Part shown: piece after piece, positions 33,714 to 42,346 of the stretch | Layout of the letters: the number at the start of each line of letters is the position of its first letter | Numbering within the stretch: position 1 is the stretch's first letter | DNA from: a virus | Lineage: Duplodnaviria; Heunggongvirae; Uroviricota; Caudoviricetes | Virus record (IMG/VR): IMGVR_UViG_3300022555_000015 | Length of the DNA: 64,000 nucleotides | Strand: one strand, 5' to 3' | The notes under the pieces: generated by a model | What the model saw: only the letters and a program-made list of their open reading frames with translations | The model's database searches: none | Told to the model about the DNA's origin: nothing | Made by a program: the position numbers and the translations under genes

Positions 33714-35027
33714 TCAGTCCTCACCCTTGATGACGGCAACGGGCTTGAGCTTCAACGTGACGGCTGCAAGACCCGCCATCTCAACCGTATCCAGGACGGC
33801 ATCCAGGTTCTTGTAACAGGGCCCCGACTCATCGAGGGGGATTTCACGGGTATTCACGAGGATGTCGAGTTCCTCCATCCTCCGATTGATGTACTCCTGG
33901 TCAAGCTTCTTCTTGGCCTGATTCCGACCCAGCCTTCGGCCCGCACCATGATTGACAGAGTAGGCAGACTCCTTGGCCCCAGCCAGGGGAAAGAGCACCG
34001 CAGCCCCTTCCTCCATAGACCCAGGGATCAAGATGGGGTGACCCGTCTCTTCCCACTTGGAGCCCATCAGGAGAGGGTGCTGTCCAGGGAATGCTCTGGT
34101 GGCACCCTTCCGATGAACGAACCGATCACCCTCCCGCTGAATGAGATTGTGGGAAATCTCATAGTAGAGTTCGGCCGTGCCACCGAAGACACTCTTGAGA
34201 GCCCCAATGACTTCCTTTGCAATCACCAGTCGGTTAGCGATTGCAAAGTTTGCTGCCCTGTTGTGATCATTCCAATAGAGCTTGCCGAGCTCGGAGTCAG
34301 CCTCCATGCACACCAAGTCCTCATCCTTCTTGGCAAGGCCCTGGGCAATGCACCCTCGGGAGAAGTAGTGCTGTGCCGTGACATAGCCCAGACCCCTGGA
34401 CCCCGTGTGGAGCATGATCCATACTTTGTCGTCATCTCCTACCTGCATCTCACAGAAATGGTTTCCTGACCCAAGAGATCCAAGTTGATTCCCCTTCATC
34501 ATTGCCATAGGAAGGGGGGGTGCCAAGTCAGGATCAACGGGAAGGCAATCTCTTTCAGAGTTCCCCCTGGACTCACCAAAAGCCAAGGCACCCCTATTGA
34601 TAATGTCAATGAGATCCTCTTTGGATATATCCTGAGAGCCTGCATGACCGAGACCAACACCAATGCGACTCTCTACCTTCTTCATCCAACGACGACGTAG
34701 GTCTTTGCTCTTAACATCTTCCCTTGTTAGAGATGTGCTGATTAAAACCATACCGCAAGATATGTCATACCCTGCTGCTGTAGGCAAAAGAGTACCTTCG
34801 GTTTCAATTACACAACCAATAGGTACACCGTAACCTGTGTGTACATCAGGTGTAATAACTACCTTCTTGACTCCTGGCAGTCCAGCGGCTCTTTCAATCT
34901 GAGCCCAGGCATTCTCTTCTGATGCCTGAAAGAGAAGATCACTGAGAAAGACACTCACTGGACAGGGGAGTCCCTCGACAACCCAATGTCCCTCAGAAAC
35001 CTTCGTTGCTCTGTCCTTGAGACTCAT
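33714..35027 (-). CDS. rtcB: RtcB-family 3'-phosphate/2',3'-cyclic phosphate RNA ligase
   Basis: ITPDVHTGYGVPIG, GSGNHFCEMQ, LHTGSRGLG, VNHGAGR: hallmark metal and GTP-binding motifs of RtcB. Confidence 0.8.
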   Translation of the reverse strand: MSLKDRATKVSEGHWVVEGLPCPVSVFLSDLLFQASEENAWAQIERAAGLPGVKKVVITPDVHTGYGVPIGCVIETEGTLLPTAAGYDISCGMVLISTSLTREDVKSKDLRRRWMKKVESRIGVGLGHAGSQDISKEDLIDIINRGALAFGESRGNSERDCLPVDPDLAPPLPMAMMKGNQLGSLGSGNHFCEMQVGDDDKVWIMLHTGSRGLGYVTAQHYFSRGCIAQGLAKKDEDLVCMEADSELGKLYWNDHNRAANFAIANRLVIAKEVIGALKSVFGGTAELYYEISHNLIQREGDRFVHRKGATRAFPGQHPLLMGSKWEETGHPILIPGSMEEGAAVLFPLAGAKESAYSVNHGAGRRLGRNQAKKKLDQEYINRRMEELDILVNTREIPLDESGPCYKNLDAVLDTVEMAGLAAVTLKLKPVAVIKGED

Positions 35028-35400
35028 AGGAATTCCTGAAGCTTTCCAGAACCCTGTTCATGGATTCTCTTAGGTCCTTGATGGACCTCCGTCCAAAATT
35101 CTTCTTGTGTAGGGCGTTATCCTTATGTGTGAGTAGCTTTCGAACATCCCTTAGAGTCTCAAATCCATTACACTCCAGGAAATGCTTTGCCCTGAATGGG
35201 AGATCCATTAGATGATTTTGCCAGGGTTGTTCCAGGAAGCACCCGAAGCCATAGAAAGAAGAACTCCAGGCTTCTCCTAGCTTCTCCCGTGCTTGGAGAA
35301 TGTCCCCCAAAGGTACTTCCTGGAGATAGGGATTCCGTGCCACGGCTTCTCCAAGTTCCAAGCCGAACAGGGACCAGTCAACGATAGGGTGTCCTTCCAT
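34993..35400 (-). CDS. RNA polymerase alpha C-terminal domain-like (HhH) protein
   Basis: DLPFRAKHFLECNGFETLRDVRKLLTHKDNALHKKNFGRRSIKDL resembles alphaCTD (LELSVRSxNCLKxxGIxTxGDL...NFGxKSLxEI). Confidence 0.45.
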   Translation of the reverse strand: MEGHPIVDWSLFGLELGEAVARNPYLQEVPLGDILQAREKLGEAWSSSFYGFGCFLEQPWQNHLMDLPFRAKHFLECNGFETLRDVRKLLTHKDNALHKKNFGRRSIKDLRESMNRVLESFRNSYESQGQSNEGF

Positions 35401-35423
35401 GCCCTACTTACTGTCCCGACCCT

Positions 35424-35441
35424 GAATCTTAACTCGAAATC
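35424..35441 (-). promoter_or_regulatory. conserved upstream motif, candidate promoter
   Basis: GAATCTTAACTCGAAATC on plus strand. Confidence 0.4.
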
Positions 35442-35917
35442 ATCTCAAAAGGCTTGTGAGGGATAAGTTCATGTGTCTTGACAAACTTCCTGAGAGATTT
35501 CAGGCAGTTCTGGTAGCCTGTCTCGCTGTTTTTGCAGTCCTGTCCCCAGATGTAGATTACATATCCAGGTTTACCGTTGTTTCCTGATCTAGTCAGTTTG
35601 ATTGCCACAGTGTTGTTGGTATGGGGGCAAGGGCTTAAGGTCCCGACAACATGGGGGTAGTTCCATCGGTAGAGGGCACCATCTCCAGCGGCAGTAATCA
35701 GAGTCTTCTCAGGTCCCAGAATCTTGACCAGTGCCCGGTGGAGCCTTTCCAGGGCATCCAGGAACCGAACTTCCCGTTGGGCATTCGTGACTGCTAGGTA
35801 GTGGCACGCTCGGGCATAATCCAAGGTGTAGGCCCTGTAAAGGAGGTCTGACTTCTTGAGCCTGGGGAGAAGTTTACGGATCATGGCATCTCTTACCCTA
35901 TTCAAGAAATCGTACAC
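35429..35917 (-). CDS. hypothetical protein (162 aa)
   Basis: ORF track. Confidence 0.5.
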   Translation of the reverse strand: MYDFLNRVRDAMIRKLLPRLKKSDLLYRAYTLDYARACHYLAVTNAQREVRFLDALERLHRALVKILGPEKTLITAAGDGALYRWNYPHVVGTLSPCPHTNNTVAIKLTRSGNNGKPGYVIYIWGQDCKNSETGYQNCLKSLRKFVKTHELIPHKPFEMISS

Positions 35918-36252
35918 AGACCCTTGACAGCCGAACCTACACCACCTACACTGTAGGTATGATAGACATTCATTGTGATGGAAGCTGGAAGAGTACGGAT
36001 GGGGTCACCTGTACAAACCCCGTGGCCTATGTCTGTACCTGCCGACGGTGTACAGCCGAAGGGGATGATGCGTTCCATGCCTGTGCAGACCCTAATCACA
36101 GGGACGAAGCGGCCAGGAAGCACTACAGGGTCTACGATAGATTTGCTGAGTTGACGGAGCTTTAGAACAGGGACATTGATAGGACAGGCACTACAGGGTC
36201 CTGGTTGGTCACATTCCGGCCACCATGCCCAACAGTAGGGATAACCCTTCAT
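35902..36252 (-). CDS. Cys-rich protein (116 aa)
   Basis: CWAWWPECDQPGPCSACP. Confidence 0.4.
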   Translation of the reverse strand: MKGYPYCWAWWPECDQPGPCSACPINVPVLKLRQLSKSIVDPVVLPGRFVPVIRVCTGMERIIPFGCTPSAGTDIGHGVCTGDPIRTLPASITMNVYHTYSVGGVGSAVKGLCTIS

Positions 36253-36746
36253 TTCTTGGGTTCTACAGGTTCCTCGGAGACCCTTCGAACGGCACCCAAC
36301 ATCTGTCCCATCCTACGTCCAGGGAGTCTCTTGGACATGGGAACACAGGGTTCAGAGTCTCTCGGCTTCTGGGGGTTCTCACCTTCTGGATTTGAAGGCT
36401 CATTGGGCAGAACACCTACGGGACCTGGACGGGAAACAACTTCACTCAAGAAAGACAGGGGAGGGAGGCTATCCAGAGATTTCAGTACGGACTGAGGAAA
36501 TCCATAGGCTTCCCTGAAGCCCTTCTTTTGTCTCTCAATGAACTCCTTGCGTTCCTTGTACTCTTCGGAGTCTGAATCTACGAAGTGGTGCCCGCAAGAC
36601 AGGCAGGCATGTGTTGGGTCTTCTGCATGTTCTAGTGAACTCCCCAGGACAGCCTCTCCACGTATGACTTTCGCCCAAGAGGTTTGCGACAGTCTACTAT
36701 AGAGGACAGGGATGTTCTTTTCACTCTCACAAATGGGACATTTCAT
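36249..36746 (-). CDS. zinc-ribbon protein (165 aa)
   Basis: MKCPICES..CLSCGHH. Confidence 0.45.
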   Translation of the reverse strand: MKCPICESEKNIPVLYSRLSQTSWAKVIRGEAVLGSSLEHAEDPTHACLSCGHHFVDSDSEEYKERKEFIERQKKGFREAYGFPQSVLKSLDSLPPLSFLSEVVSRPGPVGVLPNEPSNPEGENPQKPRDSEPCVPMSKRLPGRRMGQMLGAVRRVSEEPVEPKK

Positions 36747-37771
36747 GTCTTCACCGTGCGGTACAGTTCCATATCCATCACTTGAAGTGTATCAAACAAT
36801 TCCAAACCGGGTAGGAATTGAATCAGGGCTTCCAGGCCGAAGAAGGCACCCAGGAAGGCTCCTGCTACGGCTGCTCTGGAGTCAGTGTCACCACCACCCA
36901 TGATAGCAACCTCATAGGTTCCTCTGGCAACACCATCAGCGTGTTCCAATACATTGTCCCCGGCCATCTTCAATCGAGACAGGAAACAATAGAAAGCCAT
37001 GGGGACCAGTTCCCACACCTTGCCTGAGTTCCCCAGGATTGTGTAAGCTTCCTTCCAATAGAGACTTTTCTCCAGCATTAGCTGGACAAGTCGTAGACCC
37101 TTGAAGGTCATTGTGTCCTTATAGCCATGCTCTTCCAGTGTCTTGATGACGGAAGAAAGCATGATATCGTAGGGCACAGTTCCTTTAGGCATCTTCCGGC
37201 AGTAATAGGTCATCAGAGCTACGGCAATGGACCCAGCCCTACCTTCGGGATGTTTGTGAGTCAGGTTGGCATCGAGTTCAGCAAACTGAAGGATATTCTC
37301 CTTGTCATAGACAACCCCAAGGGGGGCTACCCTCATAGCAGAACCACAACCAATGATATCTCCTACCTTGAAGTCCCTACTGGCAGTTCTCCAATTTCCC
37401 AGATCACTGACAAGCTTGTCCATGGCATAGCGGACGGTACTCCCCGTCCCTCTACAGGCACCACTAGGCCCCTTGCCCTGATACCAGTTCCGGTAAGCTT
37501 CGGCTACAACCACGGGGTTGTAAGCATGATGGCTGATGATGCACTGGGCGAGAGCCAGGGTCATCTGTGTGTCATCTGTCCAGGCACCGGCTTTTAGACC
37601 CGCTTCCCCTAGGTTCTTGAACCCACCAGAGAGATAGGTATGTCCATCCCAGTTTACCAGGGGAGGGTACTCTGCATCCTTGTTCTCAAAGGTTTTGCCT
37701 AGGGCATCCCCAATAGCAGTTCCGAGAACAACGTAAGGAACTACACCGTTCATTAGTCCAGGGCTCCCCAT
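36743..37771 (-). CDS. ADP-ribosylglycohydrolase (ARH/DraG family)
   Basis: GTAIGDALG...WTDDTQMTLALA and GGDTDSRAAVAGAFLGA: both Mg-binding motifs of ARH fold. Confidence 0.7.
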   Translation of the reverse strand: MGSPGLMNGVVPYVVLGTAIGDALGKTFENKDAEYPPLVNWDGHTYLSGGFKNLGEAGLKAGAWTDDTQMTLALAQCIISHHAYNPVVVAEAYRNWYQGKGPSGACRGTGSTVRYAMDKLVSDLGNWRTASRDFKVGDIIGCGSAMRVAPLGVVYDKENILQFAELDANLTHKHPEGRAGSIAVALMTYYCRKMPKGTVPYDIMLSSVIKTLEEHGYKDTMTFKGLRLVQLMLEKSLYWKEAYTILGNSGKVWELVPMAFYCFLSRLKMAGDNVLEHADGVARGTYEVAIMGGGDTDSRAAVAGAFLGAFFGLEALIQFLPGLELFDTLQVMDMELYRTVKT

Positions 37772-38304
37772 CGTCTGTCTACGATGGCTTTCAATCTCTT
37801 ACGTTTATCCAGGTCTTCAACCATGATGAAAGGTTTGGTCTTAGGCCAGTTACAGGTACGATACATCCACTCTACGAGTTCGATGTCATTGTGGGGGCAA
37901 GTTACCTTGCGTTTCTTGCAGTCATCACAGATCCCCATGTCATAGACCATGAGCTTCGTGACTTGATTCCCAGCTATGAACATCTTGGCAAGGCCCAGGT
38001 CATTGATCCAAAGGTAGTCATTCTTCTGTGTTGGTGATGGGTGAACTTTGCCAACACAGAGGGAGATTATTTCTACCTTGGCACCCTCGGGTTGATTGAA
38101 GATCGGAGAGGACATGATTGCCTTATTCTTGAGGGCATCATTCCTAATTAGTTCCTTGATAGCCTTAACAAGGTCCAATGTCCATTGAATACACTTGTAG
38201 ATACCCAACAGGATGACTGCCAGGAGGAGTGCTTCCTGGAGGAGCCCGAAGGTAAGATCACCCAACTGAAGGTTAGCCAGGATCACGGATGGGTTTCTTT
38301 CCAA
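37753..38304 (-). CDS. membrane-anchored Cys-motif protein, paralog 1 of 3
   Basis: N-terminal TM; WINDLGLAK...GICDDCKKRKVTCPHNDIELVEWM...WPKTKP. Confidence 0.5.
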   Translation of the reverse strand: MERNPSVILANLQLGDLTFGLLQEALLLAVILLGIYKCIQWTLDLVKAIKELIRNDALKNKAIMSSPIFNQPEGAKVEIISLCVGKVHPSPTQKNDYLWINDLGLAKMFIAGNQVTKLMVYDMGICDDCKKRKVTCPHNDIELVEWMYRTCNWPKTKPFIMVEDLDKRKRLKAIVDRRWGALD

Positions 38305-38732
38305 CGAAGGTCCACGAGTTCCTGGAGGTCATACTGATCCCGCTTTGCAACCTCTACACAGATAGGCTTCTCCTGGGGCCAGTGTGTGGAGTTATCAATA
38401 TACTTTGACCCCTTCATCCAATCCACGAGGTCAGTACCATCGTGATTGCACTTATCCCCCAAGTCTTTGCACTTGATACAGATACCGAGAGCCTTGGTGA
38501 AATACAGTTTACGGACAACACCCTTTTCGATCAGGGCCTTGGCGCTATCCAAGTCATTGACCCAGATGGGGATGTCAGACCCGCAACAGTCGGGGACTCG
38601 GGTGCCTACCCACAGGTCGATTGTCCTGACCCTCTTGGTCTTGGCATGGGCAAACATGTCCAGTACCCAGGCCAGGAAGATGAAGGGGCAAACGGATGCC
38701 AGTGCTACGATGAGAGCCATTTGCCAGGGCAT
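38283..38732 (-). CDS. membrane-anchored Cys-motif protein, paralog 2 of 3
   Basis: WVNDLDSAK...GICIKCKDLGDKCNHDGTDLVDWM...WPQEKP. Confidence 0.5.
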   Translation of the reverse strand: MPWQMALIVALASVCPFIFLAWVLDMFAHAKTKRVRTIDLWVGTRVPDCCGSDIPIWVNDLDSAKALIEKGVVRKLYFTKALGICIKCKDLGDKCNHDGTDLVDWMKGSKYIDNSTHWPQEKPICVEVAKRDQYDLQELVDLRWKETHP

Positions 38733-38738
38733 GATTTC

Positions 38739-39182
38739 TTATTCCTCTACTTCCGGTGCTTCCGGGAAGTAGCGGTTGATGAAGGATACCATTCGCTCCC
38801 GACCTACGGGGTTCATGGAATGAACTTCGGGCTTAGTCTTGGGCCAGAGGTCTCGGTCTGCCATTTCCTTCAGGAGCCAGTAGCCATCATGGTTACAGGA
38901 CTGAGTCTTATCTTTCAGACAGTCTGCACAGATGCCCAGATCATGGTCCATACTTATCTCATTGACTTGGTAAGTCAGGAGATAGGAGAGTGCTTCCCGT
39001 GCATTCTTGGCCCAATACCAACCTTCAGGGGCAGGACGTTCATCGTCCAACCACAGGTTGTAGGGTGCCTTGATAGACAGGGTGAGATAGGTCATCCCCC
39101 CAACACTCAGGATCATCAGGACAGAACCAACGATGATGACAGTAAGCATGGTATTTCCTAGGTGAATTCTCGTACCTTCCAA
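38739..39182 (-). CDS. membrane-anchored Cys-motif protein, paralog 3 of 3
   Basis: LWLDDERPA...GICADCLKDKTQSCNHDGYWLLKEM...WPKTKP. Confidence 0.5.
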   Translation of the reverse strand: MEGTRIHLGNTMLTVIIVGSVLMILSVGGMTYLTLSIKAPYNLWLDDERPAPEGWYWAKNAREALSYLLTYQVNEISMDHDLGICADCLKDKTQSCNHDGYWLLKEMADRDLWPKTKPEVHSMNPVGRERMVSFINRYFPEAPEVEE

Positions 39183-39538
39183 CTCTCCAGGAAGTCCTTG
39201 AAGGTCTTGACCAGAGGACTACCTTCCTGGACAAACTCCCAATCACTCAGGAGATCCTCCGGTTCAATCTGCCCACGGAGGGCAACGAAGTTTCCATCGT
39301 AATCAACCTCGATCACATGGAAGACTTCCCGGTCATTCCTCTTGGCACACAGGGGCTTGGACTCACACTTCTTACAGGGGTCCTTGTCTCGGGGATGTGC
39401 CTTACTGCATCCCCGTTCGGCAAAGATCGAACAGGTCTTGATGCCCAGGACATAGTGGCCCGTTGTCCGTCCATCTGGGATAGGCTGGGTGAGCAACCGA
39501 CCCTTGCAGAGATATGCAACTGCTTCGTGAAGTTTCAT
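39158..39538 (-). CDS. Cys-rich protein (126 aa)
   Basis: ORF track. Confidence 0.45.
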   Translation of the reverse strand: MKLHEAVAYLCKGRLLTQPIPDGRTTGHYVLGIKTCSIFAERGCSKAHPRDKDPCKKCESKPLCAKRNDREVFHVIEVDYDGNFVALRGQIEPEDLLSDWEFVQEGSPLVKTFKDFLESWKVREFT

Positions 39539-39556
39539 GGTTTCAACTTACCCCTC

Positions 39557-40114
39557 TCACGGGGTTACCCGATGCTTCAATCCCTTGACACACTGGTTCT
39601 CATAGTTCTTCATGTGCTTCGGATCGTTGTCGAGCCGAACAGGGGGCCGTGTGGGGGTGACAGCATACAGAGGGAGACCCAGGTGTACTGAGTCATGGAA
39701 GGCATGGGCACCGTCCCTGATTGGAAAGTTGTCCCTTTCGTAGGGAGGGGGCTCATTTTCCATGTCCCCATACCTTCCACCCTGAATAGTTGTCTTCCCC
39801 AGGGGGATGATGACTTCATGGTTACACAGATGAGTCATCACCATTCGATACTCAACCGTGTAGTCCCCCCAGCCAAATTCCGGGTCAGGATTCCAGCAGA
39901 TTTCCAGACGGGGGGAAGGCAGGTTGGACTTTTCCTTGGAGTCTCGATGGTAGTACCACCCCAACTTTATTCCTTGGATTCTCTCTTCCAGGTCTTGAAT
40001 GCCCTGGAGATGTTCCTCCCGCTCCGTATCGAGTTCCTCGATCTTGGCCCGCTGCATGGAAACGAGGTCCAGGAGGGCACTTACGGTCTTGGGGTCATCC
40101 GTTTCATCACTCAT
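39557..40114 (-). CDS. hypothetical protein with N-terminal coiled coil (185 aa)
   Basis: ORF track. Confidence 0.5.
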   Translation of the reverse strand: MSDETDDPKTVSALLDLVSMQRAKIEELDTEREEHLQGIQDLEERIQGIKLGWYYHRDSKEKSNLPSPRLEICWNPDPEFGWGDYTVEYRMVMTHLCNHEVIIPLGKTTIQGGRYGDMENEPPPYERDNFPIRDGAHAFHDSVHLGLPLYAVTPTRPPVRLDNDPKHMKNYENQCVKGLKHRVTP

Positions 40115-40491
40115 GGCATATCCTTGGGGGGCATACGAGAGGGGTACCAGCCGAAGATTCCGGTGTTTTCACAAACACAGAAGTAAGCACAGTTGTGTGC
40201 CCAGTTAGCTTCCGGTTCCAGGTCAATGAACCAGACGTGGACTTTATAGGACGGGCAGGTAGGCATCACGGGTCGGTACAAAGTATCAAGCAATGTATCG
40301 TGGGGAGAGGTAATCACCCCCAGGTCATGGACCATCGCTGGGGCAAGGGATGTCTGTGAGAGAGCGAGTAGGGTGTCAGCGAACGCTGCCCCAAACTTGA
40401 GCCTGAATTCTTGAAGGTCACTCATTTGTAAGTTCCAGAGTCCATTCCACCGATTGCAGGAGGTCATCCTTGGCAAAGCAGGACTTCTCAC
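40111..40491 (-). CDS. hypothetical protein (126 aa)
   Basis: ATGA overlap. Confidence 0.45.
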   Translation of the reverse strand: MRSPALPRMTSCNRWNGLWNLQMSDLQEFRLKFGAAFADTLLALSQTSLAPAMVHDLGVITSPHDTLLDTLYRPVMPTCPSYKVHVWFIDLEPEANWAHNCAYFCVCENTGIFGWYPSRMPPKDMP

Positions 40492-40806
40492 TGTTCCGGT
40501 ATCTCATACCAGCCGTATAGTCAGGACGAGGCACCCATGTAGAAGAGTGCATGATGACCGGGATAGTACGGAGAGAATCATCCTCGGCCATCTTGGAGAC
40601 CATCTCGGAGCCGGTCATGCCGGGCATCCGGTTGTCGGTCACCACCAAGTCAGGTCGCTCCGTTCGCATGTACTCCAGGGCATCCTCCCCGTTCATGGAC
40701 GTATTCACCCGGTAGCCAGCATCCCGGAACAGCTTGGAGTTCCTCTCCAGGACTTCCTCTCCAGGACTTCCACTTCATCATCCATCAGTAGAATCAAGGG
40801 GCTCAT
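40418..40806 (-). pseudogene. CheY-like response-regulator receiver domain gene disrupted by 14-bp tandem duplication (cctctccaggactt x2 at 40742-40769)
   Basis: ATG 40804-40806 gives MSPLILLMDDEVEVLER then frameshift; removing one 14-bp copy yields continuous MSPLILLMDDEVEVLERNSKLFRDAGYRVNTSMNGEDALEYMRTERPDLVVTDNRMPGMTGSEMVS...IPVIMHSS (DD pocket, phospho-Asp in VVTD, receiver fold). Confidence 0.6.
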
Positions 40807-40830
40807 GGTTCTCTTACCCTGGGGTCAACC

Positions 40831-40847
40831 AATCTTAACCAATAATC
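40831..40847 (-). promoter_or_regulatory. conserved upstream motif, candidate promoter
   Basis: AATCTTAACCAATAATC on plus strand. Confidence 0.4.
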
Positions 40848-41497
40848 TTCACCAATCGGGGAACATCATGTCCGTACACTGGAGCTGGTGTGGTCCTCTG
40901 TAGGTCCAGGAACTCTTCGGAAGACATCCACTGACCATGTTCCAGGGAGAGTACCTCCGGGAAGGCACGGATGATTTCCGGGTTATGAACGGCCAGGAGA
41001 ACTTGACTGTCCTTCTCTACATTGGTCTGAAGGTCGTGGATGAGGTCATACAGGCTCCTGGGGGACAGAGCCATGTCGGGTTCATCCATGGAGATAACGT
41101 GGGGGCCTAGAGGCTTCTTGAACATGTTCAGGAGGGCCCTGGAGGTCTGCCCATGGGAAGAGAACATGGCCGAGACCTGGAAGTCCATATCATAGCGATC
41201 ATCCATGCCGAAGGCTGGCTGGGTCCTGGGATTGCCCTTCTCGAAATCGAAGTGCCCGTACTTTCCCGGAGGGCCATCCCAATGAAGGTCTACAGCACCC
41301 TCAAAGTCATGGTGGACGTATCTCTTAGGACCCTCTCCCTTACCTTTGCTAGCGGCATAACCGTCAATGGCATCCAGGAGAGTGCTCTTCCCACAACCCT
41401 GGTCCCCCACGATGAGGTTCACTCCAGGGTGGAAGAGAATGATACTACCCTCTTTGAAGCATCGAACGGTCTTGCGGAAGATACAGACTTGGAACAT
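40835..41497 (-). CDS. P-loop ATPase (AAA_21/ABC-like)
   Basis: Walker A GDQGCGKST, Walker B-like VISMDEPDMALSP; trimmed to MFQVCIF.. at 41497. Confidence 0.6.
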   Translation of the reverse strand: MFQVCIFRKTVRCFKEGSIILFHPGVNLIVGDQGCGKSTLLDAIDGYAASKGKGEGPKRYVHHDFEGAVDLHWDGPPGKYGHFDFEKGNPRTQPAFGMDDRYDMDFQVSAMFSSHGQTSRALLNMFKKPLGPHVISMDEPDMALSPRSLYDLIHDLQTNVEKDSQVLLAVHNPEIIRAFPEVLSLEHGQWMSSEEFLDLQRTTPAPVYGHDVPRLVKIIG

Positions 41498-41511
41498 GGC
41501 TATACCCTGTG

Positions 41512-42036
41512 TTAGAGCGTGGGGTCCAGGGCCAGAACGATCTGCCAGAAGATTGCGTAGAGATCGTAGTCCCCACCACAAGAGAAAGCGAACCGTCGCT
41601 TGTTCTTCTTGTACGGAACCTCGATGCACCAATCCTTGGGGAACCCTTCGAAGAAGCAGTAGCTAGTACTCTCTGAATCGAAGAGGAGCTTGGGGTTGAT
41701 GATGATGTCCCGGTCGGAGTCGAGGGTCACGTTCCAGTTGTAGAGGTTGTTCCTGAGCACGGCCCGGAAGCCCAGTCTGGGGTGGTTCACACCGAAGACC
41801 ACAAGGTCAATGCTCTTGGAGTGGTGCATCCCCACCACTCTTGCATTCGGCCCTTCCACGAAAGTCTTGTATTCTTCCAGGGAATTGGACCAGATGGTCG
41901 GGAGGGTGTCACGGATGAAGAATACCTGATTCCAGCGGGTGTCCTCTCCACGCTGGCCCTTGCGTTCCGGCTGTGACCGGCACCAATCAATGAGAGCATT
42001 ACCCATGGGGAGAATGAGATTAGGAATGACTGACAT
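41512..42036 (-). CDS. hypothetical protein (174 aa)
   Basis: ORF track. Confidence 0.5.
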   Translation of the reverse strand: MSVIPNLILPMGNALIDWCRSQPERKGQRGEDTRWNQVFFIRDTLPTIWSNSLEEYKTFVEGPNARVVGMHHSKSIDLVVFGVNHPRLGFRAVLRNNLYNWNVTLDSDRDIIINPKLLFDSESTSYCFFEGFPKDWCIEVPYKKNKRRFAFSCGGDYDLYAIFWQIVLALDPTL

Positions 42037-42040
42037 TAGC

Positions 42041-42289
42041 TCAAACCTCGGTGTCCAGGAGTTCCGGGAGTTGGCCGAACCCGGTCATGTTCTGGTCAAG
42101 AGCAGCCAGAACCTTGAGGAAAGCATTTGCCAAGAAAATCTTCTCCTGGGCAAAGCTCGTATCGTAGAAACCCTTGGGATACCTTGCCCGGTAGTCATGG
42201 ATTTCCTTGCACTCCAGGAGTGCTTCCGCTCGAAGGTCGTCCAGGTGCCCTCTCAGGGACAGGGTTTCACTGGTTGTGAGTGTGGACAT
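42041..42289 (-). CDS. hypothetical protein (82 aa)
   Basis: motif 42328-42345 upstream. Confidence 0.4.
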   Translation of the reverse strand: MSTLTTSETLSLRGHLDDLRAEALLECKEIHDYRARYPKGFYDTSFAQEKIFLANAFLKVLAALDQNMTGFGQLPELLDTEV

Positions 42290-42327
42290 CTTGTGCCTCT
42301 TACCCCTCTCTTACCGAAGGGGGTGGT

Positions 42328-42345
42328 AATCTTAACCTAAATTCG
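42328..42345 (-). promoter_or_regulatory. conserved upstream motif, candidate promoter
   Basis: TAATCTTAACCTAAATTC on plus strand. Confidence 0.4.
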
Positions 42346-42346
42346 T

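Noticed and set aside
33570-34469. 299-aa plus-strand ORF
   Set aside because: It is antisense to rtcB, which is unambiguous from conserved motifs.
38442-39161. 239-aa plus ORF and overlapping 38446-38772 ORF
   Set aside because: They are antisense to the three paralogous minus genes, whose conservation across copies defines the true frame.
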